Below are positions 46,405-57,599 of a stretch of 64,000 nt of DNA, one piece after another (position 1 is the first letter of the stretch; the number at the start of each line of letters is the position of its first letter). The translations under genes were made by a program, and so were the position numbers. This DNA is from Candidatus Levybacteria bacterium CG2_30_37_29 (GTDB taxonomy: Bacteria; Patescibacteriota; Microgenomatia; Levybacterales; GWA1-39-11). The notes below the pieces were generated by a model. The model had not been told where the DNA came from and did no database searches. It saw only the letters and a program-made list of their open reading frames with translations. Where the stretch lies: NCBI GenBank assembly GCA_001873215.1, contig MNYS01000002.1:28395-92394 (forward strand), given 5' to 3'.

Positions 46405-47935
46405 AAATCAAATTTTGGTTATCTTTCTTGTTGTGGTAATATCCTTGCCGGCGGTTTTTGCTCTTTTCCAAACAGGTTTTCCTCAAACAGATGACGGGAA
46501 CTGGATGGTTATTAGGTTTTCAGCGTTTTATGCATCATTTCGCGACGGACAAATCCCCGTACGTTTCCTGGAAAGACTGAATTACGGATATGGATATCCG
46601 GTTAGCAATTTTTTGTATCCGGGATTTATGTATTTGGGTATTCCGATACATATTCTTGGAATAAATTTTGTTGATACGATCAGAATTTTATTCGGCGTTT
46701 CTCTTTTAAGTTCATCATTGTTTTGTTTTTTTTGGCTTTCGAAATTATTTAGACAAAAAGCCGCTTTTTTAGGAGCTATTTTTTATCTTTATGTACCTTA
46801 TCATCTGTTTGATGTTTATAAGAGGGGAAGTCTTGGTGAGGTTTTATCACTTGCGATTGTTCCGTTTGTTTTATGGATGATAGAGAAGAATTTTTTTTTC
46901 TTTGTGGCTCTTGGAGTTTTTCTTCTATCGATTTCGCATAATACGCTCGCCTTATTATTTTTGCCTCTTTTATTTATTTATTCTTTGATAAGAAAAATTC
47001 CGTTATCAAAGATAATTCTAAGTTTTTTTACCGGAATTTTACTTTCTTCTTTTTTTATTATTCCTGCAGTTTTGGAACTCTCGTATACGAATTTTTCAAA
47101 AACAAAAATTTCAGATATTTCAGGTTACTTTACGGATGTTAATCTAATCGGTTTCTCAACTTTTTTTGTTCTTGTTATGTCTTGTTGGTTATTGTTAAAA
47201 AATAAAGTAAATGAAAAAGACGGACAACGACCACTTTCTATTTTATTTGTAACAATTTTATCGGTAAGCATTATATTCTCCACAAGCGTTTCGGAGTTCT
47301 TGTGGAAGTTTCTACCGCAAACTTTTATTCAATTTCCTTTTAGGCTTCTTTCGTACGAAATTGTTGCCGGAAGTTTTCTTACAGCATTTGTTTTCTCCCG
47401 ATTAAAACGATTTTTTGTGCCTACAGCAAGTATTTTTCTTATTTTAGTTTTTATAAATGTATTTCAATATTTAAAACCTAGTGCTAGTCAAAATCTTCCT
47501 GATACTTTTTATTCAACAAATGAAGCGACGACAACAGTTCAAGATGAATACATGCCGGTTTGGGTAAAAGAAAAACCAAAGTCACACTTTGAAAGAAAAG
47601 TGGAAGTTATTTCGGGAAACGCCACCATGTCAAACATTTTGTCTAGTGCTAAAAAAATCAGTTTTATACTAAACGCTCAAACACCTACAACAATAAGAAT
47701 TAATACAATATATTATCCTGGGTGGAAAGCCAGTCTAAACGGAAATAATTTGAGTATTGACTACTCAAATATTTATGGAGTCATGGATTTGTCTATTCCG
47801 AAAGGAGACAATAGCATAATGCTTACTTTTGGCGAAACTCCTTTAAGACTTGTGGCCGACGGCATAAGCTTTGCAGGTTTAATTTTCTTGTTTTCAGCGC
47901 CTTTTATTCGAGTAAAAAACAAAGCGTTGCTATAA
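46382..47935 (+). CDS. GT-C membrane protein ('PTPS-related'/YfhO-like), paralog A2
   Basis: DDG....R, GQ.PVR....YGYGYP, RGS.GE, SHN, QFPFR, DEYMP, YYPGW. Confidence 0.8.
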   Translation: MSFTKHIKNQILVIFLVVVISLPAVFALFQTGFPQTDDGNWMVIRFSAFYASFRDGQIPVRFLERLNYGYGYPVSNFLYPGFMYLGIPIHILGINFVDTIRILFGVSLLSSSLFCFFWLSKLFRQKAAFLGAIFYLYVPYHLFDVYKRGSLGEVLSLAIVPFVLWMIEKNFFFFVALGVFLLSISHNTLALLFLPLLFIYSLIRKIPLSKIILSFFTGILLSSFFIIPAVLELSYTNFSKTKISDISGYFTDVNLIGFSTFFVLVMSCWLLLKNKVNEKDGQRPLSILFVTILSVSIIFSTSVSEFLWKFLPQTFIQFPFRLLSYEIVAGSFLTAFVFSRLKRFFVPTASIFLILVFINVFQYLKPSASQNLPDTFYSTNEATTTVQDEYMPVWVKEKPKSHFERKVEVISGNATMSNILSSAKKISFILNAQTPTTIRINTIYYPGWKASLNGNNLSIDYSNIYGVMDLSIPKGDNSIMLTFGETPLRLVADGISFAGLIFLFSAPFIRVKNKALL

Positions 47936-47943
47936 TAAAGAAC

Positions 47944-49665
47944 ATGAAATTTATAAAGTCTCATTTTTCATCCGTGATTCTTGTTTTGGTCCTTTCTGTT
48001 GTTTCGGTTTTTCCGTTTTTTCAATTTGGATTTTTTTCAATGCATGATGATACTCAGGTCGCACGGGTATTTGAAATGGGCAAGAGTTTAAGTGATGGAA
48101 TGTTTCCCGTGCGGTGGGTTAGTGATTTGGGGTATGGTTATGGATACCCCATTTTTAATTTTTACTCTCCGCTACCTTATTATATAGGCGGATTTCTAAC
48201 GTTTATTGGTATTGATGCTCTTCTTGCAACAAAAATTGTTTTTTTACTCGCAATTATTGGTGCAGGAATATCAATGTATTTTTTGATTAATAAATTTTTT
48301 GGCAAGTCAGCAGGAATTGCTGCGGCAGTAATATATGTTTATTTTCCATATCATGCTGTAAATATTTACGTACGAGGGGCAATATCGGAATTATTTGCTT
48401 ATGTATTTTTGCCTCTTGTCTTTTTAGCTTTAGTTAATATTCATTATGGAAAGCCGGAAAAAACAAATACTTTTCAGGCGAATTTACCATCTATACTTCT
48501 GGGCGCGTTTGCAATAGCTGCGGTTATACTTTCTCACAATCTGTCAGCCTTTATGATGTTTTTATTTTTGCTGATATTTATTCCGGTATCGCTCGTTTTT
48601 TCAAAAGAAAGAAGTAAAAGATTTATTGTTTATCTGGCTGTTTTATTTGTTGGATTTTTATTATCGGCATTTTATTCAGTGCCGGCAGTTTTTGAAGCCC
48701 GTTTTACAAATGTTTCCTCACAAATTGGTGGAGGAGCCAATTATTCTGACCATTTCGTGTGCATAAATCAGTTGTGGGATAGTCCCTGGGGATTTGGTGG
48801 TTCTGCAAAGGGGTGTACAGACGGAATGAGTTTTCGGATTGGAAAATTAAATATTATTTTCGTACTACTAGCTTTTATGTTTATACCAATTTGGTTTAAA
48901 AAAATAAGAGAAAGAAGTTTTTTTATACTTTTGACTATTGGGTTTTTTGCTCTATCTCTTTTTATGAGCATAGAATACTCGTTACCTATTTGGAAAACCA
49001 TACCATTTAGTCAATTTTTACAATTTCCGTGGAGATTTCTTGGCCCGGCAGGACTTTTTATAAGCATAATAATTGGGGTATTGGTATTTATACTCGGAAA
49101 AATTTTAAAAACCCCTTTTGTTGTTTTATCTTATATTTCTATAATCCTTGGAACAATTTTTCTAAACGTCAAGCTTTTTACTCCTCAGCAAATTATTTCT
49201 CAAGATGTAAATTTTTATACGAACATAGATAATCTTACATTTAAAACTTCAAAAATTTCAGATGAATACATGCCGCAAAATTTTATAAAGCCCTTAAGTC
49301 AAAGAGACATTAAAAAAGAAAGCGTAGAGATAGTATCAGCAAAAGGAACAATACAAAACATACAAACGAACACAGACAATATAAGTTTTAATATAGTTAT
49401 AAATCAACAGGGTACAATAAGAATAAATAGGGCATACTTTCCGGGGTGGAAAGTTTATGTTGACGGAATCGAAAGTGAATATGTTGTAAAAAACGACGGA
49501 ATATACACAGAAGTATTACAGGGTTCACATATAGTTGGGGTAAAGCTTGTCCAAACTGCAATTGAAAAATTTAGCAACGTGCTTAGTTTTATTGGTTTGA
49601 TTATCGTTTTTATTGTTATAATATTGGATAACAGACTTTATGGATACACAAGAAAAGCTTCCTGA
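47944..49665 (+). CDS. GT-C membrane protein ('PTPS-related'/YfhO-like), paralog A3
   Basis: HDD.Q..R, G.FPVRW..DLGYGYGYP.FNFY, RGA..E, SHN, QFPWRF, DEYMP, YFPGW. Confidence 0.82.
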   Translation: MKFIKSHFSSVILVLVLSVVSVFPFFQFGFFSMHDDTQVARVFEMGKSLSDGMFPVRWVSDLGYGYGYPIFNFYSPLPYYIGGFLTFIGIDALLATKIVFLLAIIGAGISMYFLINKFFGKSAGIAAAVIYVYFPYHAVNIYVRGAISELFAYVFLPLVFLALVNIHYGKPEKTNTFQANLPSILLGAFAIAAVILSHNLSAFMMFLFLLIFIPVSLVFSKERSKRFIVYLAVLFVGFLLSAFYSVPAVFEARFTNVSSQIGGGANYSDHFVCINQLWDSPWGFGGSAKGCTDGMSFRIGKLNIIFVLLAFMFIPIWFKKIRERSFFILLTIGFFALSLFMSIEYSLPIWKTIPFSQFLQFPWRFLGPAGLFISIIIGVLVFILGKILKTPFVVLSYISIILGTIFLNVKLFTPQQIISQDVNFYTNIDNLTFKTSKISDEYMPQNFIKPLSQRDIKKESVEIVSAKGTIQNIQTNTDNISFNIVINQQGTIRINRAYFPGWKVYVDGIESEYVVKNDGIYTEVLQGSHIVGVKLVQTAIEKFSNVLSFIGLIIVFIVIILDNRLYGYTRKAS

Positions 49666-50365
49666 GTTATCAATTTTCTTTCCATTCTGGAACGAAGAGA
49701 AAAATATTGAGAAGGTTGTAACAGACGCAATTTCTGTTGCTCGTGATGTTGCGGAAACGTGGGAGATTATAATGGTTGATGATGGATCAACTGATAAAAC
49801 ATCTGAAATCGCAAAAAACTTAGAAAAAAAACACAAAAATTTAAAGCTAATTGCGCTGCATCCAAATAAAGGATATGGGGCAGCGCTTAGAGCAGGCTTG
49901 GAGCATTCGCAATATAAATATGTCGTATTTACAGACGGCGATTTACAATTTGATTTTTCGGAATTGACAAAATTTATTGAAAAAATTGATTCCGCAGATA
50001 TTGTTATCGGGTATAGAAAAAAAAGAAAAGACGAAAAGATTTTCAAAAGACTTCTATTGATGAATCTTTTGAAGGTTTGGGATTTTGTATTGTTTGGGTT
50101 TTATTTTAGGGATATAGATTGCGGATTTAAAATGTTTACGCGGAATGCTCTGGATCAGCTTGGGTCTTTGCGTTCGGATGGAGCTATGATAACCTCGGAA
50201 ATTCTTGCAAAAGCAAAGAAAAAGAAGCTAAAAATACTTCAAGTAGGAGTGGAGCATTATCCTAGAAAATATGGTTTGCAAACAGGAGCAAATTTATTTG
50301 TTATTGTTCGCGCAATTCTCGAAAGTTTAATTCTTTGGTCAGATATCCACAATGGAAGAATTTGA
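49640..50365 (+). CDS. GT2 polyprenyl-phosphate sugar synthase-like
   Basis: SIFFP.WNEE, VDDGS.D, N.GYG.A, TDGD.Q, DIDCGFK. Confidence 0.88.
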   Translation: MDTQEKLPELSIFFPFWNEEKNIEKVVTDAISVARDVAETWEIIMVDDGSTDKTSEIAKNLEKKHKNLKLIALHPNKGYGAALRAGLEHSQYKYVVFTDGDLQFDFSELTKFIEKIDSADIVIGYRKKRKDEKIFKRLLLMNLLKVWDFVLFGFYFRDIDCGFKMFTRNALDQLGSLRSDGAMITSEILAKAKKKKLKILQVGVEHYPRKYGLQTGANLFVIVRAILESLILWSDIHNGRI

Positions 50366-51806
50366 TACAGAAAAAGAGCATATTGGTTTGACTTCTGCAA
50401 AGGGTGTTGCGGCTCTTGCTTCAAGAACATTTATTCTCAACCTTATTTCTTTTGCGACGTCTCTTGTGATATTTACAATACTTACGCCGCGGGATGTTGG
50501 AGTATATGTTGCAGTTATTGCGATTCAACGAGTTGTAAGTTTTTTCACAGATTTTGGTTTTGGCGCAGCTCTTATTCAGAAAAAAGATAAATTAACTCGA
50601 GAAGACACGACAACTACATTTACACTGCAGAGCAGTGTTACTTTAGCGATATTTGTAATTATTTTTGTCTTAAAAGATTTTATTGCGCGAGGATTTAATC
50701 TTGCAAATGATGCGGTTATACTACTTTTAGTTTTGGTGTTTACCATATTTGTTTCTTCGTTTAAGACGATTCCATCAATTGTGCTTGAAAGGAAAATACA
50801 CTTTCATAAGCTTATTTTCCCTCAAATTGTTGAGTCTTTAGTTTTTAATGCAATTTTACTTTTTCTTGTTATTAATCGTTTTGGTCTTTACAGTTTTTCA
50901 TGGGCATTTTTTATATCAAGCATTGTAAGCATTCCTGTTTATTATTATATCCAGCCATGGCACATCGGAGTTGGGGTAGATAGAAAATCGCTTGGTCATC
51001 TTCGTTTTGGGCTGCAATTTCAGCTAAAAAATATTCTTGCGACAATAAAAGATGATTTTTTAACAGTTATTCTTACAAAATTTCTTTCATATACGCAAAT
51101 TGGGTATATCGGATTTGCACAAAAATTAGCCTTTTTTGTTTTTAGGTATGTTGTCGATAGTGTTACAAAAGTAACTTTTTCCGCATACTCAAGGCTTCAA
51201 GACGACAAAGTGCTTTTGAGACGAGCAATCGAGAAATCACTTTTTTTTGTTTCATCTCTTATGTTTCCGATGCTTTGTGGTCTTATTATCGCTGCTCCTT
51301 TTGTAATCCGATATTTTCCTAAATGGCAAAATAAATGGGAACCTGCAGTTATAAGCCTTGTGTTTTTTTCCCTTAACGCGATTGTTTCTTCTTTGTCCGG
51401 AATTCTAGTAAATGTTCTTGATTCAACAGGTAAAGTTAAAACTACTCTCAAGCTTATGGTTGTTTGGACAACTCTTACTTGGGTTTTGACGCCAATTTTT
51501 ATAAAAATTTGGGGATACAATGGAGTTTCTATTGCTTCTTTTTTAGTAACGCTCACAATTTTTTATACAGTTTACCTCGTAAAACAGGTTGTACAATTTT
51601 CTTTTTTAAAAAGTATCTACAAGCCGTTTTTTGCAACTACAGCTATGGGACTTCTTTTTTACTTTTTATCTTCGCTTTTTGTGACAAGCATGGCAAGCCT
51701 TATATTTTTTAGTGTAATTTCGGGATTGTTTTATTCTGTGCTATTCTATTTAATAGCAGGAGAAGAAGTTATTGGTGATTTTAAAAAAATAATTTTTAAG
51801 AAATAA
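50352..51806 (+). CDS. Oligosaccharide flippase (Wzx/MOP superfamily)
   Basis: Many TMs; L.P.D.G, D.G..AALIQ, F.AYSR.Q.D, KW..A. Confidence 0.85.
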   Translation: MEEFDTEKEHIGLTSAKGVAALASRTFILNLISFATSLVIFTILTPRDVGVYVAVIAIQRVVSFFTDFGFGAALIQKKDKLTREDTTTTFTLQSSVTLAIFVIIFVLKDFIARGFNLANDAVILLLVLVFTIFVSSFKTIPSIVLERKIHFHKLIFPQIVESLVFNAILLFLVINRFGLYSFSWAFFISSIVSIPVYYYIQPWHIGVGVDRKSLGHLRFGLQFQLKNILATIKDDFLTVILTKFLSYTQIGYIGFAQKLAFFVFRYVVDSVTKVTFSAYSRLQDDKVLLRRAIEKSLFFVSSLMFPMLCGLIIAAPFVIRYFPKWQNKWEPAVISLVFFSLNAIVSSLSGILVNVLDSTGKVKTTLKLMVVWTTLTWVLTPIFIKIWGYNGVSIASFLVTLTIFYTVYLVKQVVQFSFLKSIYKPFFATTAMGLLFYFLSSLFVTSMASLIFFSVISGLFYSVLFYLIAGEEVIGDFKKIIFKK

Positions 51807-51810
51807 AAAA

Positions 51811-52737
51811 ATGACAACTCAAAAACAAACAATTTCTGTTGTAGTTTCCGCATACAACGAAGAAGAAAAAATCAAAGAGTGTCTTTTGTCGGTAAAATTT
51901 GCCGATGAAATTATAGTTGTTGATAACCAGTCGTCGGATAATACGGCCAAGACTGCAAAACATGCTGGTGCAATAGTCATAAGCCGCCCCAACAATGCAA
52001 TGCTAAATATTAACAAAAATTTTGGGTTTTCAAAAGCCAGTAGCGTATGGATATTAAATCTTGATGCTGATGAAAGGGCAACTCCACAACTAATTTCTGA
52101 AATTAAAAAAAAGATTGGGGAAAGAAACGGAACGGATGGATACTGGATTCCGCGGAAAAATATTATTTTTGGAAAATGGATAGAGCACTCAATTTGGTGG
52201 CCCGATTATCAGTTGAGGTTGTTTAAAAACGGAAAAGGAAAATTTGCAGAAAGACACGTTCACGAGCCAATTGAAGTACACGGTAAAACAGAAAAATTAG
52301 AAGAATCACTTATTCATATAAATTACACGACTGTTTCACAATACCTTCAAAAGCTTGATAATATATATACCGAGAATGAGGCAGAGCAATTTATTGCGGA
52401 GGGAAAAACAATACATTGGGTTGACGCAATTCGATTTCCTGTAAACGATTTTTTAAAAACCTTTTTTCTGCAAAAAGGCTACAAGGAGGGACTTCATGGA
52501 CTCGTACTTTCTCTTCTTCAAGCATTTTATTCTCTTATAATTTTTGCAAAAGTATGGGAAAAACAAGGATTTAAAGAAGAAAACAGTAAAACATTTCTTA
52601 AAGATACATATAAAGAGTTTGAGAAGGCTTTCAGCGATATTACATACTGGTTTTTAACCGTAACTTTGGATGAAACATCTCAAAAAGGGAAAAAGTTCTT
52701 CTATAAACTTCGGCGAAAAATGATTAAAAGACCTTAA
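51811..52737 (+). CDS. GT2 glycosyltransferase (beta-1,4-glucosyltransferase-like)
   Basis: NEE..I..CL.S, VD..S.D.T, LDADER, W.PD.Q.RL, VHE. Confidence 0.88.
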   Translation: MTTQKQTISVVVSAYNEEEKIKECLLSVKFADEIIVVDNQSSDNTAKTAKHAGAIVISRPNNAMLNINKNFGFSKASSVWILNLDADERATPQLISEIKKKIGERNGTDGYWIPRKNIIFGKWIEHSIWWPDYQLRLFKNGKGKFAERHVHEPIEVHGKTEKLEESLIHINYTTVSQYLQKLDNIYTENEAEQFIAEGKTIHWVDAIRFPVNDFLKTFFLQKGYKEGLHGLVLSLLQAFYSLIIFAKVWEKQGFKEENSKTFLKDTYKEFEKAFSDITYWFLTVTLDETSQKGKKFFYKLRRKMIKRP

Positions 52738-53651
52738 TGAAGAAAGTAGCGATAATAATTATTAACTATAACCGAGAAAAAGATACGGTTGATTGTCTGG
52801 AGTCTATTTTAGCAATTGAGTCTTCAAAAAATATATTAACAACCATTGTCGTAGATAACGGGTCTAAAAATAAATTCGCAACAAACAAAAACTATAAAGA
52901 AATTGGGCTTAAAATTTTAAGAAGTGAAAAAAATCTTGGATTTGCCGGCGGAAATAATTTCGGAATTAAACATGCGTTAAATAATGGTGCAGATTATGTT
53001 TTGCTTTTAAATAATGACACTTTCGTAGATAGGAAATTTATAAAAGAATTAATAGATGTTTTCGAAGAAAAAAAGGATGCAGGGATTGTAGCACCAAAAA
53101 TTTACTTTGCAAAAGGATTTGAATTTCATGATAGATATAGGGCAGAAGATCTCGGAAAAGTTTTCTGGTATGCAGGCGGAATAATGGATTGGAATAATGT
53201 TATTGGAAAACACCGCGGAGTTGATGACGTTGACACCGGACAGTACGATAAGATTGAAAAAACAGATTTTGCAAGCGGTTGCTGTTTTTTGACAAGTAGG
53301 GAGGTTTTGGAAAAAGTTGGGATGTTTGATGAAAAGTTTTTTTTGTATTATGAAGAGAGCGATTTATGTGAAAGGGTAAAAAGAAATGGATTTAGTATTT
53401 TCTATACACCAAAATCTGTTCTTTGGCATAAAAATGCCCAATCTACAGGAGGATCGGGTTCTGATCTTCAGGATTATTATATTAGCAGAAATAGGTTATT
53501 GTTTGGCATGAAGCACGCGCCTTTCCGATCAAAAATAGCTTTATTTCGTGAAAGTCTAAAATTATTAATTATGGGTAGAAAATGGCAAAAAATTGGAATA
53601 CGTGATTTTTACATACTAAAATTTGGAAAAGGGAGCTTTAGTCTTGATTAA
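52737..53651 (+). CDS. GT2 glycosyltransferase (rhamnosyltransferase-like)
   Basis: NLGFAGGNN.G, LLNND, SGCC, FDE.FF.YYEE.D, RNR. Confidence 0.88.
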   Translation: MKKVAIIIINYNREKDTVDCLESILAIESSKNILTTIVVDNGSKNKFATNKNYKEIGLKILRSEKNLGFAGGNNFGIKHALNNGADYVLLLNNDTFVDRKFIKELIDVFEEKKDAGIVAPKIYFAKGFEFHDRYRAEDLGKVFWYAGGIMDWNNVIGKHRGVDDVDTGQYDKIEKTDFASGCCFLTSREVLEKVGMFDEKFFLYYEESDLCERVKRNGFSIFYTPKSVLWHKNAQSTGGSGSDLQDYYISRNRLLFGMKHAPFRSKIALFRESLKLLIMGRKWQKIGIRDFYILKFGKGSFSLD

Positions 53652-53664
53652 TAATTTTTATAAA

Positions 53665-55305
53665 ATGAAAAGGTTTTTTGGTCTAGGAATTATTATTCTC
53701 ATATCAATACTTCCATTGCTTGATTTTCTTCATCCCGGACTTCCCTTGACTCACGATGGGCAAGACCACATAGCACGTATTGCAAATTTTTACCAAAGTC
53801 TAACTGAGGGAAACCTAATTCCGCGATGGGCTGGGAATCTTAATTGGGGATACGGACATCCGATACTTATGTTTTTGTATCCTTTGCCGTCATACTCCGC
53901 CTCACTGTTTCATTTATTTGGTGTTAATTTTGTTGACAGTCTGAAAATTGTTTTTGCCACAACATTTATTCTTTCTGGAATAACTATGTATTTATGGATT
54001 CGTGAATTTTTAGGAGAAGAAGCAGGTATTATTGCAGGAGCGTTCTATATGTTTGCGCCGTACAGATTAGTTGATTTATATGTAAGAGGAGCTTTAGGTG
54101 AACACGTGGCATTTGTTTTCCCGCCGCTTATTTGTTATTTTATGTTTAAGCTTTCAAAGAAATATTCTTTTTCAAATTTTGCTTTTGCTGCGTTTTCAGT
54201 TGCCTTTCTTGTCCTTTCACACAACGCAATTACTATAATGTTTATGCCATTTGTTCTTTTATATTGCGTTATTCTTCTTAAAAACGCAAAAAATTTAAAA
54301 AAACTTTTATTGTTATACTTTTTTGCAATTCTTCTTGGTGTTGGTATTTCGGGATTTTTCTTGATCCCTGCGTTTTTGGAGGGAAAATATACTCTTCGTG
54401 ATATAGTGACGGCAAAAGAATATGCATCGCGTTTTGTTGTTCCACAAGCTCTTATATATTCACAATGGAGTTATGGAGGAACAGGATTATTCTCTGCACA
54501 GCTTGGATTGCTTCACTTTATAGGAGTTGTAATTTCTATTTTTTCTTTTAAAAAGGTCTATCAAAAAAATAAAATAATAAAATGGTTTTTTTTCTTAACC
54601 GGAATTTTCTTTCTTTTTTCAATATTTATTATGCTAAAAGAATCAGACTTTATCTGGAAAATTTTTACAATTCTACAAAAATTCCAGTTTCCATGGAGAT
54701 TTCTTTCGCTATCCGTTTTTTGCGAGTCAATTCTTGCCGGTATAGCGATAGCTTTGATGCCCAAAAAACATAAAATGTTAGGAGTTTTAGTTATAGTCGT
54801 AGCTCTTCTTATAGTGAATAAAAATTACTGGCACGCAAACGGATTTTTGCAAAAGCCGGAAAATTTTTATACAAAAGTTTATCAGGGGACAACAGATACA
54901 GGGGAAAGCAGTCCTATTTGGTCGATAAGATTTATGGAACAAGAGGCGCCATCTCATATACAGGTGATAGGAGGTATGGCAGTTAGTAAAGAGGTAATAC
55001 GTACCTCAGTACGTCATCTGTATGTGTTAAATGTAAAATCGGATAGTGCAAGAATTCGTGAAAATACACTTTATTTTCCGGGTTGGAATATATACGTTGA
55101 TGATAAAAAAACCAATACGGAATTCCAAGACCCAAACAATCGAGGAGTAATGACATTTTTTGTACCTACAGGACTTCATAAAATTGAGTTGAGGTTTGAA
55201 GATACTAATACCCGAAAATTGTCAAATATTATATCTGTTATTTCGCTTGCAGGAGTTTTTGGAATAGGTCTCTTTTTTAAAACAAAATATGGTAGAACTA
55301 TTTAG
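53665..55305 (+). CDS. GT-C membrane protein ('PTPS-related'/YfhO-like), paralog A4
   Basis: THDG..H.AR, PRWAG.LN.GYG.P, RGA.GE, SHN, QFPWRF, YFPGW. Confidence 0.82.
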   Translation: MKRFFGLGIIILISILPLLDFLHPGLPLTHDGQDHIARIANFYQSLTEGNLIPRWAGNLNWGYGHPILMFLYPLPSYSASLFHLFGVNFVDSLKIVFATTFILSGITMYLWIREFLGEEAGIIAGAFYMFAPYRLVDLYVRGALGEHVAFVFPPLICYFMFKLSKKYSFSNFAFAAFSVAFLVLSHNAITIMFMPFVLLYCVILLKNAKNLKKLLLLYFFAILLGVGISGFFLIPAFLEGKYTLRDIVTAKEYASRFVVPQALIYSQWSYGGTGLFSAQLGLLHFIGVVISIFSFKKVYQKNKIIKWFFFLTGIFFLFSIFIMLKESDFIWKIFTILQKFQFPWRFLSLSVFCESILAGIAIALMPKKHKMLGVLVIVVALLIVNKNYWHANGFLQKPENFYTKVYQGTTDTGESSPIWSIRFMEQEAPSHIQVIGGMAVSKEVIRTSVRHLYVLNVKSDSARIRENTLYFPGWNIYVDDKKTNTEFQDPNNRGVMTFFVPTGLHKIELRFEDTNTRKLSNIISVISLAGVFGIGLFFKTKYGRTI

Positions 55306-57598
55306 AAAATACTATCAATTTATTTTTCTTTTGACGATTTGGGCGATATTTTCAAGCCCTTATTTAATTTTTGGAAAAGTGCCATATTCGTCTACGTACC
55401 AAGTTAATCATTTTCCTCCGTGGACAGCATATGAAAAATACTGGGGACCTGTTAAAAATGGTGCAATGCCTGATATTACGGATCAAATTTATCCGTGGCG
55501 CCATTTTACTATTGAAAGTTTGAAAAAGTCTCAAATTCCTCTTTGGAATCCATACAACTTTTCAGGTAATCCTCATCTTGCAAATTTTCAGTCTGCGGTA
55601 CTTTCACCGTTTAATTTACTATTTTTTATTTTACCGTTTGTTGATGCGTGGAGTTTAAATGTTTTATTAGCACCGCTTTTAGCAGGAATTTTTACATATT
55701 TTTTACTACGAGAATTTGGGAACGGCAAAAACTCATCTCTTATTTCTGCCATATCATTCATGTTTTGTGGATTTATAACCGTTTGGATGGCATACGGAAC
55801 TCTTTCTTTAGCAATAGCATTTCTTCCTCTCTCTTTATTTTGTTTGGAAAAATGGTTTAATACAAAAAAAACTTGGGCGCTAGCTCTTCTTGCATTTTCT
55901 ATTCCTCTTTCTTTTTTTGCCGGGCACTTTCAAACGAGTCTGTATTTTTTTATTTTTCTAGCGTTTTATCTTATTTTTAAAATAATAAATTCTAAAAGTA
56001 AAAAAGGTGTTTTATCGGTTTTCTTGTCGGTTTTGTTCGGTCTCTTAATTATTCTTCCTCAAATAGTGCCGTCAATCGAGTTTTATTACAATACTGTTCG
56101 TAGCCAGGTGTTTAATAGTGGTGGAGGAATACCTTGGTGGCACTTAGTAACTTTTTTCAGTCCCGATTTTTTTGGTAATCCTGTGACGCGCAATGATTGG
56201 ATTGGAAGTTATGCCGAATGGGCAAATTTTATTGGAATAATTCCTTTTGCGCTTATTTTATTTAGCGTTTTTTCGGTAAAGAAGAAATCACGCGTTTGGT
56301 TTTTTATTTTAGCAGGTATTACAACGTTAATTCTTGCAATTGAATCCCCATTACAACCTTTTATTGGTAATTTAAAAATTCCTGTTTTGTCCACAAGTAA
56401 CCCATCAAGAATAATTGTTCTTGCAAGTTTTTGCTTTTCTGTTCTTGCCGGATTTGGATTGGAAAGTCTATTAGAATTTATAAACAAAAAGTCTCTGAAA
56501 AAAATTATTACCGGCTTTTTTCCAACATTTCTTATTCTTGCGTCCGTTTGGATTTTCATTTACTTTACCCATATTTTGTCCGCTGAGCAATTGATAGTTG
56601 TAAAGCGAAATATGGTTTTGCCGACAATTATGTTTGGTTTGGTGTTTGGGGCTGCAATACTTTTTTCTTTTTTCAATATAAAAAAATATTTGTGGGCATT
56701 TATAGTAATTGTACTTGTTGTAACTTCTTTCGATAGTCTTCGTTTTGCACAAAAGTGGATGCCTTTTGATCCAAAAAATTTAGTTTTTGCAAACATTCCT
56801 GTTTTTTCGGGGATTAAAGAAAATATTGGGTATGGGCGTATTTTTGGCAATCTTGGTGCGCAAGTAGAGACTTATTATGGATACCCTTCAATACAAGGGT
56901 ACGATCCGTTGTATGTAGGAAGGTATGGTGAGTTTATAAGATCTGCTTTAAGCGGTGAATTCTTGGAGGGAGAAAGGTCGGTTGTAAAGCTTGAAAAATT
57001 TGGGGCTGGAACGAAAAGAGTACTTGATGTTTTAGGAGTAACTCTTATTTTTCATCCGGTTGCCGACACAAATCAATCGTGGGCTTTTCCCGTCTGGCGC
57101 GATAGTCGGTATATTAAAGTATACGGAGACAATAAATTCCAACTTTTTAAGAATACGTCGGCGCTCCCGCGAGCAGAATTATTTAACCGATTCGAACTAA
57201 TTCATAACGATAAGCAAACATTAAAAAGATTTTATTCAAATTCCTTTGATTTTAGAAAAACCATAATTGTTGAAGAAAATCCAAATATTGTCTTAAATAA
57301 GGAAGCAAAAGGAAAATCAGAAATTATTTCATATACGCCAAATAAAATTATTATAAAGGTGAATACTGATAGTCCTGCATTGTTATTTCTTTCTGACAAT
57401 TATTATCCCGGATGGGAAGCATTTATAGACGGTAGCCAAACAAAAATTTTTCGGGCAGATTATGCTTTTCGCGCAGTTGTTGTTCCAAAAGGAACTCACA
57501 CTGTCATCTTTAACTATTCACCGTTAAGTTTCAAGTTGGGTATAGTAGGTGCTATAATCGGTCTTATAGGACTTGTAATTTTGTTGATTAAAAAATAA
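55289..57598 (+). CDS. YfhO-family GT-C membrane protein, paralog B2
   Basis: PLWNPY.FSG.P.LAN.QS, AGH.Q, PDFFGNP, GYDPLY, YYPGW, ADYAFRAV.VP.G.H. Confidence 0.85.
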   Translation: MVELFRKYYQFIFLLTIWAIFSSPYLIFGKVPYSSTYQVNHFPPWTAYEKYWGPVKNGAMPDITDQIYPWRHFTIESLKKSQIPLWNPYNFSGNPHLANFQSAVLSPFNLLFFILPFVDAWSLNVLLAPLLAGIFTYFLLREFGNGKNSSLISAISFMFCGFITVWMAYGTLSLAIAFLPLSLFCLEKWFNTKKTWALALLAFSIPLSFFAGHFQTSLYFFIFLAFYLIFKIINSKSKKGVLSVFLSVLFGLLIILPQIVPSIEFYYNTVRSQVFNSGGGIPWWHLVTFFSPDFFGNPVTRNDWIGSYAEWANFIGIIPFALILFSVFSVKKKSRVWFFILAGITTLILAIESPLQPFIGNLKIPVLSTSNPSRIIVLASFCFSVLAGFGLESLLEFINKKSLKKIITGFFPTFLILASVWIFIYFTHILSAEQLIVVKRNMVLPTIMFGLVFGAAILFSFFNIKKYLWAFIVIVLVVTSFDSLRFAQKWMPFDPKNLVFANIPVFSGIKENIGYGRIFGNLGAQVETYYGYPSIQGYDPLYVGRYGEFIRSALSGEFLEGERSVVKLEKFGAGTKRVLDVLGVTLIFHPVADTNQSWAFPVWRDSRYIKVYGDNKFQLFKNTSALPRAELFNRFELIHNDKQTLKRFYSNSFDFRKTIIVEENPNIVLNKEAKGKSEIISYTPNKIIIKVNTDSPALLFLSDNYYPGWEAFIDGSQTKIFRADYAFRAVVVPKGTHTVIFNYSPLSFKLGIVGAIIGLIGLVILLIKK

Positions 57599-57599
57599 T

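Noticed and set aside
40726-55305. Pterin biosynthesis implied by the 'PTPS-related' family name
   Set aside because: These are multi-TM proteins sharing motifs with YfhO/GT-C, with no T-fold PTPS domain.
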